Shown piece by piece: positions 52,748 through 62,999 of a stretch of DNA of 64,000 nucleotides (position 1 is its first letter; every line of letters starts with the position of its first letter). The notes beneath the pieces were generated by a model. That model saw nothing but the letters and a program-made list of their open reading frames with translations. It was not told where the DNA came from and did not search any database. Source of the stretch: an uncultured virus (IMG/VR IMGVR_UViG_3300012274_000057) (taxonomy: Duplodnaviria > Heunggongvirae > Uroviricota > Caudoviricetes); IMG/VR virus record IMGVR_UViG_3300012274_000057, positions 62,001 through 126,000 of that record, one strand, 5' to 3'. Made by a program: the position numbers and the translations under genes.

Positions 52748-53512
52748 ATGTTTTATCAACAATCTCCTATAGCTATGAATATGGGTGGTAATATGAATCA
52801 AGGATTTATACCACCCAATCCAATTAGTAATGTAGCAATAGGTAGTAACGGGTATAATGGAATAGGAAATATGGGTTCTTATTATACAGGAACTTATAAT
52901 AATTATTATAATCCATATATGGCAATGAAACAGCAAGAAGCAATGGAAGCTGTATATATGGAAGAACAAAGACAACAAGTTGATATTATGAAAACAATAT
53001 CAAAAAATGTAAATAAATCTTATGGGACAGAAGTTGATGATATATTTCTAAAACGCTATGATCCTGTCGATATAATTCAACAGAATAGAGATCCTGAAAT
53101 AGATATAAATATAAGATTAGCCAATGCACGTGCTGAAGCACAGTATGGAAGGAATCCAGAAGTAGAAGGGTACATTTACGCAATTAATACGATGTATGAT
53201 AAATCTAAAGAAATATATCCAGATAGTATGGGTATATATGAATTTAATAAGATATCTTCTGAAATAAATTTACAATATTTAGAAGAAGAATATAGAGAGA
53301 AACAAAGAAATGTTGGGACACTATATAATAGATCTCAATATAATCAGCTTATATCAGAACATAGCAAAGCAAATAATTCATTTAGTAATGTTTTTGGAAA
53401 TACAAAAAACATTAATTCCATAGATGATTTAGAAGTTACATTACCAAGTCATTTAAGTAATGAACTTGCAGCTCGAAGAGAAATGTTTATGAAAAGTATA
53501 ATGGGTAAATAA
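52748..53512 (+). CDS. hypothetical protein with low-complexity N/G/Y/Q-rich N-terminus
   Basis: GGAGGGG RBS; early-motif variant 52692-52701. Confidence 0.75.
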   Translation: MFYQQSPIAMNMGGNMNQGFIPPNPISNVAIGSNGYNGIGNMGSYYTGTYNNYYNPYMAMKQQEAMEAVYMEEQRQQVDIMKTISKNVNKSYGTEVDDIFLKRYDPVDIIQQNRDPEIDINIRLANARAEAQYGRNPEVEGYIYAINTMYDKSKEIYPDSMGIYEFNKISSEINLQYLEEEYREKQRNVGTLYNRSQYNQLISEHSKANNSFSNVFGNTKNINSIDDLEVTLPSHLSNELAARREMFMKSIMGK

Positions 53513-53525
53513 GGGGGAATATAAT

Positions 53526-54863
53526 ATGGCAAGAGTAGATTTATTAAGTGTATTATATTCTAAAGAAAAATCACCATTAGAATTTAAATTCGATTCAATG
53601 TGGATGCCATCAATGTATAATTATCTTACGCAACAGGATATACAAGCATTGTATAATATAGCATCCTCTATTAGATATAGTTCTAAGATAGAATTAAAAT
53701 ATAAACTCATAGATGATATTATGACAGTAAGAGGATTTAAGAAATTTGCCTCTGGAACTAATAGGGTAGTTTATAGTTATTTAGAAGACCAATCATTTTT
53801 AGTAAAAATAGCAATAGATAGAGTTGGTCTTGGAGATAATCCAGCAGAATATAAAAATCAATTTTTATTAAAACCTTTTGTATCTAAAATGTTTGAATGT
53901 AGTCCATGTGGGACTGTAGCATTTGTAGAAAGATTAGAGCCCATAACATCTAGACAAGAATTTTTATCTATAGGCGAAGATATATTTAATTTATTAAATG
54001 AATTTATTATAGGTAAATATGTATTAGAAGATATAGGAAGTAAATATTTTATGAACTATGGATTGCGTAAAGGATTTGGTGTATGCCTCTTAGACTATCC
54101 TTATGTGTATGAATTGGATGGAAATAAACTGTATTGTAATAAGCAAGAACTTGAAACAAAGAATCTTTGTGGAGGAGAAATAGATTATGATGCAGGATTC
54201 AACAATTTAATATGTAGTAAGTGTGGCAAAAGATTCAAAGCCAAAGATTTACAACAGTCTGTTCAAAATAAATTAATTTTATTAAAAAATGAAGGAGAGA
54301 TTGATATGAAAATTAAAGTTAGTTATCGTGGAGAAGTAATAAGAGAATTTAATTCATCTGATGAAAGTGATGTTATTGTTAGAAAGCAAAAACAGCAATC
54401 ACAACCAACAATGAATGTAAAAGTAAATGGAGTTCCGATAGGGGGTCCAAAAACTCCGATTAACAATGTAAGAGAGTCTGCTTTTATCAATAAAAATAGA
54501 CACGATATAAAGGGAGATAAAAAAAGATATGCAGAAATGGGAAACGCTAAATCAGTTCAAAAAGATAATACACAAGAAATAAAAAATCAAGTATCCCAGG
54601 CAGATTCTAAACCTGAAACTATAGAAAAAACAGATAATATATATACTATTGCGGTCAAATCTGAATCTCTTAAAGTTCCTACAATAGATGCAGCAACTTT
54701 AAATTCTATAGGATTATCAGATAAAGATTTTGAAGAAGAGGACTCATCGAATAAAGAAGAAGATAAAGACTTAGCAGCTAAATATTACGATGAGTATAAA
54801 GATTTTGAAGAAGAGGATAATTTTCAAAAAATTAAAAAGAATAAAATTATAGATAGATATTAA
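53526..54863 (+). CDS. protein-kinase-like domain + Zn ribbon + low-complexity tail
   Basis: ASGTNRVVY (Gly loop), LVKIA, AEY, EDIG...NYG, LLDY; C..CGG and CSKCG cysteines. Confidence 0.6.
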   Translation: MARVDLLSVLYSKEKSPLEFKFDSMWMPSMYNYLTQQDIQALYNIASSIRYSSKIELKYKLIDDIMTVRGFKKFASGTNRVVYSYLEDQSFLVKIAIDRVGLGDNPAEYKNQFLLKPFVSKMFECSPCGTVAFVERLEPITSRQEFLSIGEDIFNLLNEFIIGKYVLEDIGSKYFMNYGLRKGFGVCLLDYPYVYELDGNKLYCNKQELETKNLCGGEIDYDAGFNNLICSKCGKRFKAKDLQQSVQNKLILLKNEGEIDMKIKVSYRGEVIREFNSSDESDVIVRKQKQQSQPTMNVKVNGVPIGGPKTPINNVRESAFINKNRHDIKGDKKRYAEMGNAKSVQKDNTQEIKNQVSQADSKPETIEKTDNIYTIAVKSESLKVPTIDAATLNSIGLSDKDFEEEDSSNKEEDKDLAAKYYDEYKDFEEEDNFQKIKKNKIIDRY

Positions 54864-54876
54864 TGGGGGGATCATT

Positions 54877-55539
54877 ATGTTATTCAATGGATCTATCTTT
54901 GTAACGACAGATTTAAATGTTGTTAGAAATAATTTTACAACAAGTAAAGTCGTTGTAATTGGAGATAATCAGCCAAGCAACCAAGAATTAGTAACATCGG
55001 TTGGTGGAGTATTAGCAAGTGTATTGCTACCTCCATATCAATCTATGGAAGCATATTTAGATAATAGAAAAGAAGATTTTATAAATCTATACTATGCATA
55101 CTTATTTAGTCGAGAAACATTGGCATTATTAGCAGCTCTGGTGAGAGCTATAATGAATGGTACAAACATTCTTATCTATATTAATGCGGATGAATATAAT
55201 ATGTATTTTGAAGCATTGTATAATTTTATAGCAATAAATTTTGGAATATTTATTGGAACTGGAACAAACCAATTTGGATTTTCAAACAATCCAATTCACA
55301 TTAAATTTATTTGTGATACTTTATATTTAAATGAATTTTTAAGTATACCAGAATTATTTGCATTATATCCTGCAGATGCAGATTTTCTTCAAGAAGTTGT
55401 TGTTAAATTAATAAATGAGTTAAATCCATATGTTGCAGATACTTCTTTTGAAGGTTATTGTAATTATTTTAGAAACTATAGAAATCAAATGTTAGCGAAT
55501 AATGGTTCGTTCTTAAAACCATTGGTGCATAAATGTTAG
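54877..55539 (+). CDS. hypothetical protein
   Basis: GGGGGG RBS; operon. Confidence 0.75.
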   Translation: MLFNGSIFVTTDLNVVRNNFTTSKVVVIGDNQPSNQELVTSVGGVLASVLLPPYQSMEAYLDNRKEDFINLYYAYLFSRETLALLAALVRAIMNGTNILIYINADEYNMYFEALYNFIAINFGIFIGTGTNQFGFSNNPIHIKFICDTLYLNEFLSIPELFALYPADADFLQEVVVKLINELNPYVADTSFEGYCNYFRNYRNQMLANNGSFLKPLVHKC

Positions 55540-56000
55540 TATTTGGTGACTATACATGTTTGAAGCCAGTAATGAAGAATTTCTTTATATTTAATCTGGC
55601 TTCTTCATTAGAAGGTTTCGAAAGGGTAGATATAATACCAAGATTTCAAATGGAATATTCAAATAGAGATTTTGATGTGCTATATGCAAAATATATAATG
55701 GAAACAGATTCAGTGTTTTATGAATTTATGAAAATAATAATTTCATTATATAATGGATTTGATGTATTTATATTAACTAATAGAAGCGGATTTTATGAGG
55801 ATATTATAGAATCCCTTCAAAAGTTAATTCAGCAACGATATGGTATAATATCTAATATTATAAATGAACCAGATGATTGGAATTATGTCCAAGAATCTTG
55901 TTTTAATATTAATGGTTTATATAATTTAGATATAGACAAAGAAAGATATGCAGTGATGTTTACAAATTTAAATTTAGATACTATACTAAAGTCATTGTAA
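55533..56000 (+). CDS. hypothetical protein
   Basis: Overlapping start; terminator ~56007-56039. Confidence 0.75.
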   Translation: MLVFGDYTCLKPVMKNFFIFNLASSLEGFERVDIIPRFQMEYSNRDFDVLYAKYIMETDSVFYEFMKIIISLYNGFDVFILTNRSGFYEDIIESLQKLIQQRYGIISNIINEPDDWNYVQESCFNINGLYNLDIDKERYAVMFTNLNLDTILKSL

Positions 56001-56052
56001 AATTAATAAAGTTAGAGATTATCTCTAACTTTATTTTTTCGGAGGTTTTTAA

Positions 56053-56874
56053 ATGAGTAATTTATTATGGAATAAAGTAAATTATACTGCAGATATAGAA
56101 TATATAATATCTAGTTATATTAGAGAATATGATATAAAAAAGGCAAATATAAATATTTTATATAATAAAGGAGTATTGACTAAGAATCAATATGAATATT
56201 ATCATAGTTTAGAAAAGAAAAAAAGAGAAGTTAGTATAGGTTGTTTATTAAGAGATAATCCTCAATATAATAAAGTATTAATTGATGGTATAAAAGAATA
56301 TAAACAGAAATTCTTTGAAGCCAATAATATTAAATTTGAGGAAGTATTATCAATAAAAAATGATGCTGTATTTATAATAAATAAAATCCCTAATATAACT
56401 GTATTTGATAATAATGTAGAATTTGTAAATAAAAATATATTTACGTCTTATTATAAATTAGGTCCAAATAAATCTGATATTGAAGCTTATTATTATTATG
56501 ATATGGTTAATAATACTGAAAAAATAGATATTAAAGGTATCAAAGATGAAAAAATATATTTACATGAAGATTACTTTTTAGAATTTTTAAAAGTATGTTT
56601 TTGTTCTGCTCAATCTGAAGGCATAAAACCTACTATAGATTTAATATCATCATTTTATAATAGATATATTAATTTGCAATTAGATATAGGATATTATAGA
56701 GAATTTAGATCAGATTGTTGTTACACATTAAAAGGATTAAGCCAATATAGTATATTTAAATCTTTTAATTTGGAAGAACATAATAAACAATATGTAAATA
56801 TTATAGTTAATTTAAATATAATTAGACAACTTCATAAATACTTTTCTCAAATTTATTTTTCTAATAGTAGATAA
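56053..56874 (+). CDS. stand-alone DNA polymerase palm-like protein (family B-like motifs A and C)
   Basis: IREYDIKKANINIL (motif A-like), LSIKNDAVF (motif C-like), IDIKGI. Confidence 0.5.
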   Translation: MSNLLWNKVNYTADIEYIISSYIREYDIKKANINILYNKGVLTKNQYEYYHSLEKKKREVSIGCLLRDNPQYNKVLIDGIKEYKQKFFEANNIKFEEVLSIKNDAVFIINKIPNITVFDNNVEFVNKNIFTSYYKLGPNKSDIEAYYYYDMVNNTEKIDIKGIKDEKIYLHEDYFLEFLKVCFCSAQSEGIKPTIDLISSFYNRYINLQLDIGYYREFRSDCCYTLKGLSQYSIFKSFNLEEHNKQYVNIIVNLNIIRQLHKYFSQIYFSNSR

Positions 56875-56910
56875 AAAAGGATAGCGTTAAATCGCTATCC
56901 TTTATTTTTT
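56873..56910. terminator. bidirectional intrinsic terminator
   Basis: aaaggatagcg-ttaaat-cgctatccttt between convergent genes. Confidence 0.85.
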
Positions 56911-57351
56911 ATATGTTGCAACTTCCTGTCCATTGTTATTTTCAATAACATATTGCATTACTCTTAAATATACCTTCTCATTTATAAGTTCACCTAAACC
57001 GTCTTTATTATAAATTAATGATAATTTATCGATCATAGCAGGTGATATTGTATTCAGTATCTTATAAGATACATGTTTAACTATTTCTGCTTCTGATTTA
57101 GAATCTATATAATGTGTATCTTTAAATGCTTCATTCAAAGCCAAATATTCTAAAAAACATTCTTCTATTAAAGAAGGTAATAATGCAAAGTCTTCAGGTG
57201 TGATTTTATAATTTACATTTATCATATAATAATCCTGTCTGATTTTTTTACTCTCATTTCTTGATGATACTATTAAATACCATGAAAAAGTTAATATAAA
57301 AATAATTGAAGTTATTAAAGCTAAAAATAATAATTGTTCTAAAATATTCAT
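56902..57351 (-). CDS. membrane-anchored hypothetical protein
   Basis: N-terminal TM helix; AGGAGG RBS. Confidence 0.75.
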   Translation of the reverse strand: MNILEQLLFLALITSIIFILTFSWYLIVSSRNESKKIRQDYYMINVNYKITPEDFALLPSLIEECFLEYLALNEAFKDTHYIDSKSEAEIVKHVSYKILNTISPAMIDKLSLIYNKDGLGELINEKVYLRVMQYVIENNNGQEVATYKK

Positions 57352-57382
57352 AAATAAATTCCTCCTAAATATATATATATTA

Positions 57383-58036
57383 TTATCTATTTAAACAAGA
57401 CCAGTCCAATATTCTATCCCTTACTTGAAGAAGATCTGCATCTACTGAACCACCGTTTTGTATTGCTCTTTTAATATAAAATAATATTTTAAATGCTATA
57501 TCCTGTGTTAAACCTGTATTATATCTTAATAGAAAATCATACCAATTTCCAAAACACATATCTGGATGTATAAAGAAATCGGGATTATTATGATATAATT
57601 GATGTGGCGTTAGTGATAGCATTACCAATTGTATACGATTATTGATATGTTCATGTTTTAAAAGAGTAACTAAATCAAAGGTAGTTATTTTGCCTTTAGT
57701 ATTTAAAACATGTTCTGTGATAATTACAGCTATATCAAATATGGTAATCATATTATGATGCATTTCTACTTTAGCCATTGTATCTGCAACTATGCTAGAA
57801 TGGAATTGGCATCTATCGAATCCTAATCCATAAAGGTAACCCTTATAATGTTTATAAGTCCTACTATGCCTAAATCTAGCTATTGCATTTTCTATAAATC
57901 TTTTATAAGATTCGACATCTAATAAGGTATCTCTAGTTTGAGCAAAAGGCAATTCATATGGACTGTTCGGTGAGGATATTGTTGGGTTTTCATCATTATA
58001 CGAATCAATATCTGGTAATTTATTATAGTCTTCCAT
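57383..58036 (-). CDS. HNH-like protein, paralog of 46908-47720
   Basis: C..VEMHH...TIFD...LVML...HQLYHN; late motif 58063-58074. Confidence 0.55.
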   Translation of the reverse strand: MEDYNKLPDIDSYNDENPTISSPNSPYELPFAQTRDTLLDVESYKRFIENAIARFRHSRTYKHYKGYLYGLGFDRCQFHSSIVADTMAKVEMHHNMITIFDIAVIITEHVLNTKGKITTFDLVTLLKHEHINNRIQLVMLSLTPHQLYHNNPDFFIHPDMCFGNWYDFLLRYNTGLTQDIAFKILFYIKRAIQNGGSVDADLLQVRDRILDWSCLNR

Positions 58037-58209
58037 TTTAAAGACCTCCTCTTATTTGTTGTTATTTAGATGTTATTCTCCAATATTTGGCAATTATACA
58101 TAATTGTATATCTTTAGAATTTAAATTATATATTATAATAATGTAATAAAGTTTGTAAGTTCTTTATATAGAAATAAAAATATTAAACTTACAGAAGGGG
58201 TTAAATATA

Positions 58210-58890
58210 ATGTCAAGAATATGTGTAAAAGTTGAAGAAAAGGATGGGAAGTTATTTATAACTTCTATAGAGGGTAATGTGGATAAATTTTACTTAACTG
58301 TATATAATCCACTAGAACCTAATATTATAGGTATATTTGAAGATGGGGATAGCTTCATTCATACCAATCAATTTAAAGAATGGACTGTTAAAAAAGTATC
58401 AGAGGGAGAATGGAGATTTGAGCATTCTACATTTAAAGATAAATTAATCAAATCGGGAAATTTATATTTATTAGCTACAAGTTCTGGAGCAGCTAGAAAT
58501 GGAATAATGCATAATTATAAAGAACCTGAAAATATATTAGATGTTTTAATGCAATCGTCTAAAGGTAAAATAAAGTATAGGAAAGCTCGTCTAAACGAGA
58601 GTGATATTTATATTTCAGGGGATACATTATTAGGAGATCGTTCTTATAAAATTACGAGATGTATTTCTGATGGTAGACCAATAGAAATATCTCAAAAGGA
58701 TAAATATACTATATGTAAATATGACAATGCATCTGTAGTCATTTATATAACTATACAAAATCTTTATGATAATTATAATATAACTTTAGAGCTATATACT
58801 AATATGAGTATAGAGGAAGTATGTAACAAAAGTAATTTAATCAATGATACTATAACCATAATAAAAGAAAATACAGAAGGGGTATTATAG
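58210..58890 (+). CDS. hypothetical early protein
   Basis: Early motif 58127-58136; GAAGGGG RBS. Confidence 0.75.
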   Translation: MSRICVKVEEKDGKLFITSIEGNVDKFYLTVYNPLEPNIIGIFEDGDSFIHTNQFKEWTVKKVSEGEWRFEHSTFKDKLIKSGNLYLLATSSGAARNGIMHNYKEPENILDVLMQSSKGKIKYRKARLNESDIYISGDTLLGDRSYKITRCISDGRPIEISQKDKYTICKYDNASVVIYITIQNLYDNYNITLELYTNMSIEEVCNKSNLINDTITIIKENTEGVL

Positions 58891-58893
58891 AAA

Positions 58894-59190
58894 ATGGAGG
58901 AAAATAATTATACTGTAACCACCAAACAATTTAAATGTAAAAGCGAGGCAATGTTAGATGTCACATTAGATGATGAAAAAATATCTATTCCTGTATCCGA
59001 ATTATTAAATTGTCAAATAGGATATTCATATAATATATCGTCTAATGATAATTCAAACAGAAAAATACTTACATTAACAAATAAAGCTTTATATGGATGC
59101 GAGTTATCACTAATATATTATGAAATTAATACATTGAAATCTATTACAATTATAAAAATTACTATTGAATCGAGTTCTATAGTAATATAG
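58894..59190 (+). CDS. hypothetical protein
   Basis: Operon ORF. Confidence 0.65.
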   Translation: MEENNYTVTTKQFKCKSEAMLDVTLDDEKISIPVSELLNCQIGYSYNISSNDNSNRKILTLTNKALYGCELSLIYYEINTLKSITIIKITIESSSIVI

Positions 59191-59204
59191 GAGATTAAAG
59201 AAAT

Positions 59205-59483
59205 ATGTTTGTCAAAAATAAGAAAAATACTGTTGATATTTATAATTCTGATATAATTACTCTAAAGGCAGGACATCGAGAATTAGATATAACTGGGTGG
59301 CAATTATTTGATTTACCAATTGGCGGCACGATAGGAATTATAGATGGAGCATATTCTCATTTTATATTTGTAAATGAAATAGATATAAAAAGGAAGAGAT
59401 GTGTTGTTACAATGTCAAAAAGAAACATTGATAATCCATCTTATAGCAATATAATAAAAATAACATATAATATTAAAGATTAG
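59205..59483 (+). CDS. hypothetical protein
   Basis: AGGAG RBS; terminator 59484-59515. Confidence 0.7.
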   Translation: MFVKNKKNTVDIYNSDIITLKAGHRELDITGWQLFDLPIGGTIGIIDGAYSHFIFVNEIDIKRKRCVVTMSKRNIDNPSYSNIIKITYNIKD

Positions 59484-59576
59484 AATAAACCAGGCTCTCC
59501 CCTGGTTTATTTTTTCTCTATTACATTTATTTTTTAACTACATATAAGTAATAATAGAAGGGAGATGTGATTAGTT

Positions 59577-62072
59577 ATGGCATATAACGTGGAAAATATT
59601 AAAACTGATAATATACCTTTATTGGATGAATTAATATTTAATTTAAAAAAATTGCTATATGATTCTGTAATGAAGGACGAAGAAGCAGCTTTAAATAATG
59701 AAACTTTAGAATCACAAAAAGAATCAGATGTCTATATATCTTGTTTACAAGACAGGGCTAATTTAAATATGTTTGATTATAAAATGCAGGAATTAATAAA
59801 TCTTGGAATACCTGATTATTTAATAAATGATATCTTATTAGATCCGAGTAATACTCCAGATAGTTTTAAGAAACCTTTATTAAAGTTTAAAACACAACAA
59901 TTTATAGATAATTATGTAGAAAAAAATAATTATTATCGTATGTTGAATGGTATACCCGATATAGGAGATTCTGGTATTAAAATACCAGAAGAATATTTAG
60001 ATATTCAATTAAGAGGTATAATAGATACTAATATTTATGTACATCAAATGAGGGATACAGAAATAGATATATTATATACATTTAATATAATCAATAGACT
60101 CATTCAGGAAAATCCTACAAAGAAATACCTAGAGCATATGGGATCTAAGAGTATACCTATTATTGATGCTAGAACATCAAAGAAATTTGAATTGTTATAT
60201 ACAACTATTGATTGCCCTAGAGAAGTATTAGTTAGATTTAGAGAAAAATTCGAACAAAATAGAATTTATACTTTAAAGGTGTTATATTCTGATGCATTTA
60301 AATTTGGTTCAGATTATTACGATAATTTTATGCAAGTTCTTATTCTTATCGAAACAGCTAAAGATATGTTAGCTGAGTTACCAGATTTTATTATTAAAAA
60401 GGATATCTTTGATTTTAGAATGATAGAATTAATATTTCAATCTAACGGTATAGATTTTTTTCCAGAGATTCCTTTTAGATATCAAATAGCTATGGTAAGA
60501 AATTTAAATAGGTTAATTAAATTTAAATCCACTACAAAGAATATAATAGATATTTGTTCACTATTTGGGTTTGAAAACATACAAGTATTCAAATACTATC
60601 TACTCAGAGATAGGAAATATGATAAGTTTGGAAACTATGAATTCAATTTTAAAGAAATTGTAAATGATGATAGTGGAGAGATAGAAATAGTAGAGGATGT
60701 TGCCGAGAATTATGATTTAAAATTCTTAAAAGTACCAATTCAGGATAAAGCTGACGATTACTTATATGATAGAAGTAAATATCTAGATTATGATGAAATA
60801 GCTCTTGGAGATAAATATTGGAATGGTGATTTAGATCATAATGATGTAAAAAGAGCAATATTGGAAGATGAATTTAATTATTTACAGTCTAAATATATTT
60901 CTATAGATACAATATATAGTATGACAGAATTATCTTTTCAATTATGCTATTTTTATAATATATTATTTGATGAATATAAACTTGAAGATAAATTATTCGT
61001 AAGAGTTCCCACTATAAATGGATTAGCTAAATTTAAATTGGTAGATCTAATAAGCTATCTTTATTCTTTAATGTATGAATACAATGGAGTGGTGGATGAT
61101 TTAATGGATACCCCTACTAAAATACTTTATATTAAAGGATTTAATTTTTCTGTAGATATGACTGCATTGGCGGCGTATGTTCAAGAACAAGGATTTACTA
61201 TGGAAGAATTAGGAGTAGGTGGATTTATAATTCCAGAAACAGGTCTTTTATCTTACGAACAGTTAATACATGTGTATACTAATAATAAAAATATACATGA
61301 TCATATTGTTAAGCAATTATATAAAGCTGATAATAAGAAGATATATGATATATATAAGAAAATATATGATAGTTTAATGATAATGGAATTAAGTATGAAA
61401 TTTTTTACTTTAAAAGATGGTACTATTGCAAAAACGTATACCCAGTTTCTAAAAGAAAGAGATGTTATTCTTTATCAATCGCTTATAACAGTAAGGGCAA
61501 CTGATAACAATAGAGTTAAACAACAAAAGATAACAGAACTTATAGATGCTGTAATATACGCAATAGAAGAATATTTAGATGATGAACAGTTTAAGTTTAT
61601 TTTTTCATTCTTACCTTCTGCTTCATCTGAAGCTGTAAAAAGATATATATATAAAGTAGTTAATTTCTTTAAATCTTATAAAGTAGATATACTTAGTATT
61701 AATACTATATATAAATTTGATGATAAGTTAGAAAATAAAATAAATATTATAGATGATATATTTATCAAATATTTTTATACAAAACATGAGACTATAGATG
61801 CAATTTCTAAATTAAGGAATAATGTAAATTTAACCAAAAAGGATATGCAGAAAATAATTGAGAAAATATATTTTGAAACCACTTTCTGGATGGATTTATT
61901 TAATTCGGATAATATTACTACAAAAGATATAATGAATTTATTATCTACATTAAATCCTAAATCGTATGTTGATATCGGTGAAACAATAAGTACAATTGTA
62001 ACTAAAAGACTTGAAAAGGAAAGTTTAAATATTAATGATAAGATTAGTATAACACCATTTACTGAAATCTAA
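59577..62072 (+). CDS. putative baseplate/tail structural protein (831 aa)
   Basis: RNLNRLIKFKSTTKNIIDICSLFGF resembles wedge (gp7/tail I-like) core; context. Confidence 0.5.
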   Translation: MAYNVENIKTDNIPLLDELIFNLKKLLYDSVMKDEEAALNNETLESQKESDVYISCLQDRANLNMFDYKMQELINLGIPDYLINDILLDPSNTPDSFKKPLLKFKTQQFIDNYVEKNNYYRMLNGIPDIGDSGIKIPEEYLDIQLRGIIDTNIYVHQMRDTEIDILYTFNIINRLIQENPTKKYLEHMGSKSIPIIDARTSKKFELLYTTIDCPREVLVRFREKFEQNRIYTLKVLYSDAFKFGSDYYDNFMQVLILIETAKDMLAELPDFIIKKDIFDFRMIELIFQSNGIDFFPEIPFRYQIAMVRNLNRLIKFKSTTKNIIDICSLFGFENIQVFKYYLLRDRKYDKFGNYEFNFKEIVNDDSGEIEIVEDVAENYDLKFLKVPIQDKADDYLYDRSKYLDYDEIALGDKYWNGDLDHNDVKRAILEDEFNYLQSKYISIDTIYSMTELSFQLCYFYNILFDEYKLEDKLFVRVPTINGLAKFKLVDLISYLYSLMYEYNGVVDDLMDTPTKILYIKGFNFSVDMTALAAYVQEQGFTMEELGVGGFIIPETGLLSYEQLIHVYTNNKNIHDHIVKQLYKADNKKIYDIYKKIYDSLMIMELSMKFFTLKDGTIAKTYTQFLKERDVILYQSLITVRATDNNRVKQQKITELIDAVIYAIEEYLDDEQFKFIFSFLPSASSEAVKRYIYKVVNFFKSYKVDILSINTIYKFDDKLENKINIIDDIFIKYFYTKHETIDAISKLRNNVNLTKKDMQKIIEKIYFETTFWMDLFNSDNITTKDIMNLLSTLNPKSYVDIGETISTIVTKRLEKESLNINDKISITPFTEI

Positions 62073-62135
62073 TTATAACGTTTACTTTGTAAACATATAT
62101 ATAATTATGAGTAAATTAAGATAGGAGGAAATAGA

Positions 62136-62945
62136 ATGAAAAATAAAATTCTTCCTTTATTTGATAAAGGAAAAAATTACGATTCATGTTCAGTTCATAG
62201 AACTAATATAGTTATAAAGAATGAGTTTACTGGAGAAGAAGTTTTCAGGGGTTCTAATAAAGTAATAATTGGAGGTTCAGCATTTACAGCTGCTAAGCAT
62301 TGGAATATAGCACCACCAGTTTTTACGCCAACATATAATACTATAATGGGATTAGATAATTCTGTTATAGAACCTTATTCGGGTGATGGTATTAGAAAAG
62401 AAGAACAGGTATTTTTATTTGCAGTAGGTACAGATGGCTGTGGACAAGAAAACTCACAAGTATTCGATGTAAATTATACTAAATGGATAGCTCCAGAAAA
62501 TTTAGTTCCATTTAGATATCAATTAGAAACAAATGATATCGCAGGACATTTAAGAGATAAATATTTTGGAAGAAAAACAACAACAAATAGAATAGCTTAT
62601 TATTTTAAAGCATTCGAGATGCCACCTCTATTTAAACAGCAATATGTAGATGGGACACCAATAGATGAAAATATTTATACATCAAGCAGAATAGAAGAAG
62701 TTGAATCTTTTGTAGAAATAAATTTAAAAATAACTAAAGAAGATTGCAGAGACTTCTTTTTAGCAACAACAGGTATAAACGATGCTAGAATTAACACTAT
62801 ATCTCTATTGACAGCATGGAAAAAAGAAATAGATGGTTATGTTTATTATCAAGATATTAGACCATTAACAAAGCTAAACTTTCCTAACGAGTCATTGATT
62901 GATATGTCAAAAGGATTAGACATTATATACGATATATATTATTAA
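62136..62945 (+). CDS. putative baseplate/tail structural protein
   Basis: NKVIIGG...FAVGTDG...INTISL...IIYDIYY pattern; late motif 62092-62103. Confidence 0.5.
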   Translation: MKNKILPLFDKGKNYDSCSVHRTNIVIKNEFTGEEVFRGSNKVIIGGSAFTAAKHWNIAPPVFTPTYNTIMGLDNSVIEPYSGDGIRKEEQVFLFAVGTDGCGQENSQVFDVNYTKWIAPENLVPFRYQLETNDIAGHLRDKYFGRKTTTNRIAYYFKAFEMPPLFKQQYVDGTPIDENIYTSSRIEEVESFVEINLKITKEDCRDFFLATTGINDARINTISLLTAWKKEIDGYVYYQDIRPLTKLNFPNESLIDMSKGLDIIYDIYY

Positions 62946-62999
62946 AATAATAAAGAGGAGGTATAATCTCCTCTTTATTTTTTAGAGGAGGAATTAAAT

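Larger units (their letters stand above)
1896..58136. promoter_or_regulatory. recurrent early-type promoter motif (AAT)TATATATTAT
   Basis: + strand: 1896, 4327, 45812, 48718, 52692 (variant), 58127. - strand: 15345, 38757, 41861, 42839, 45759 (variant). All precede small non-structural genes. Confidence 0.75.
29..62103. promoter_or_regulatory. recurrent late-type promoter motif AACA-N6-T(A/G)
   Basis: + strand: 29, 926, 6707, 15371, 18977, 33799, 46517, 46876, 47822, 48363, 48479, 48594, 62092. - strand: 12610, 15005, 21208, 22890, 32546, 33189, 33377, 33762, 40228, 41090, 44887, 58074. Mostly a few tens of bp before starts. Confidence 0.8.
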
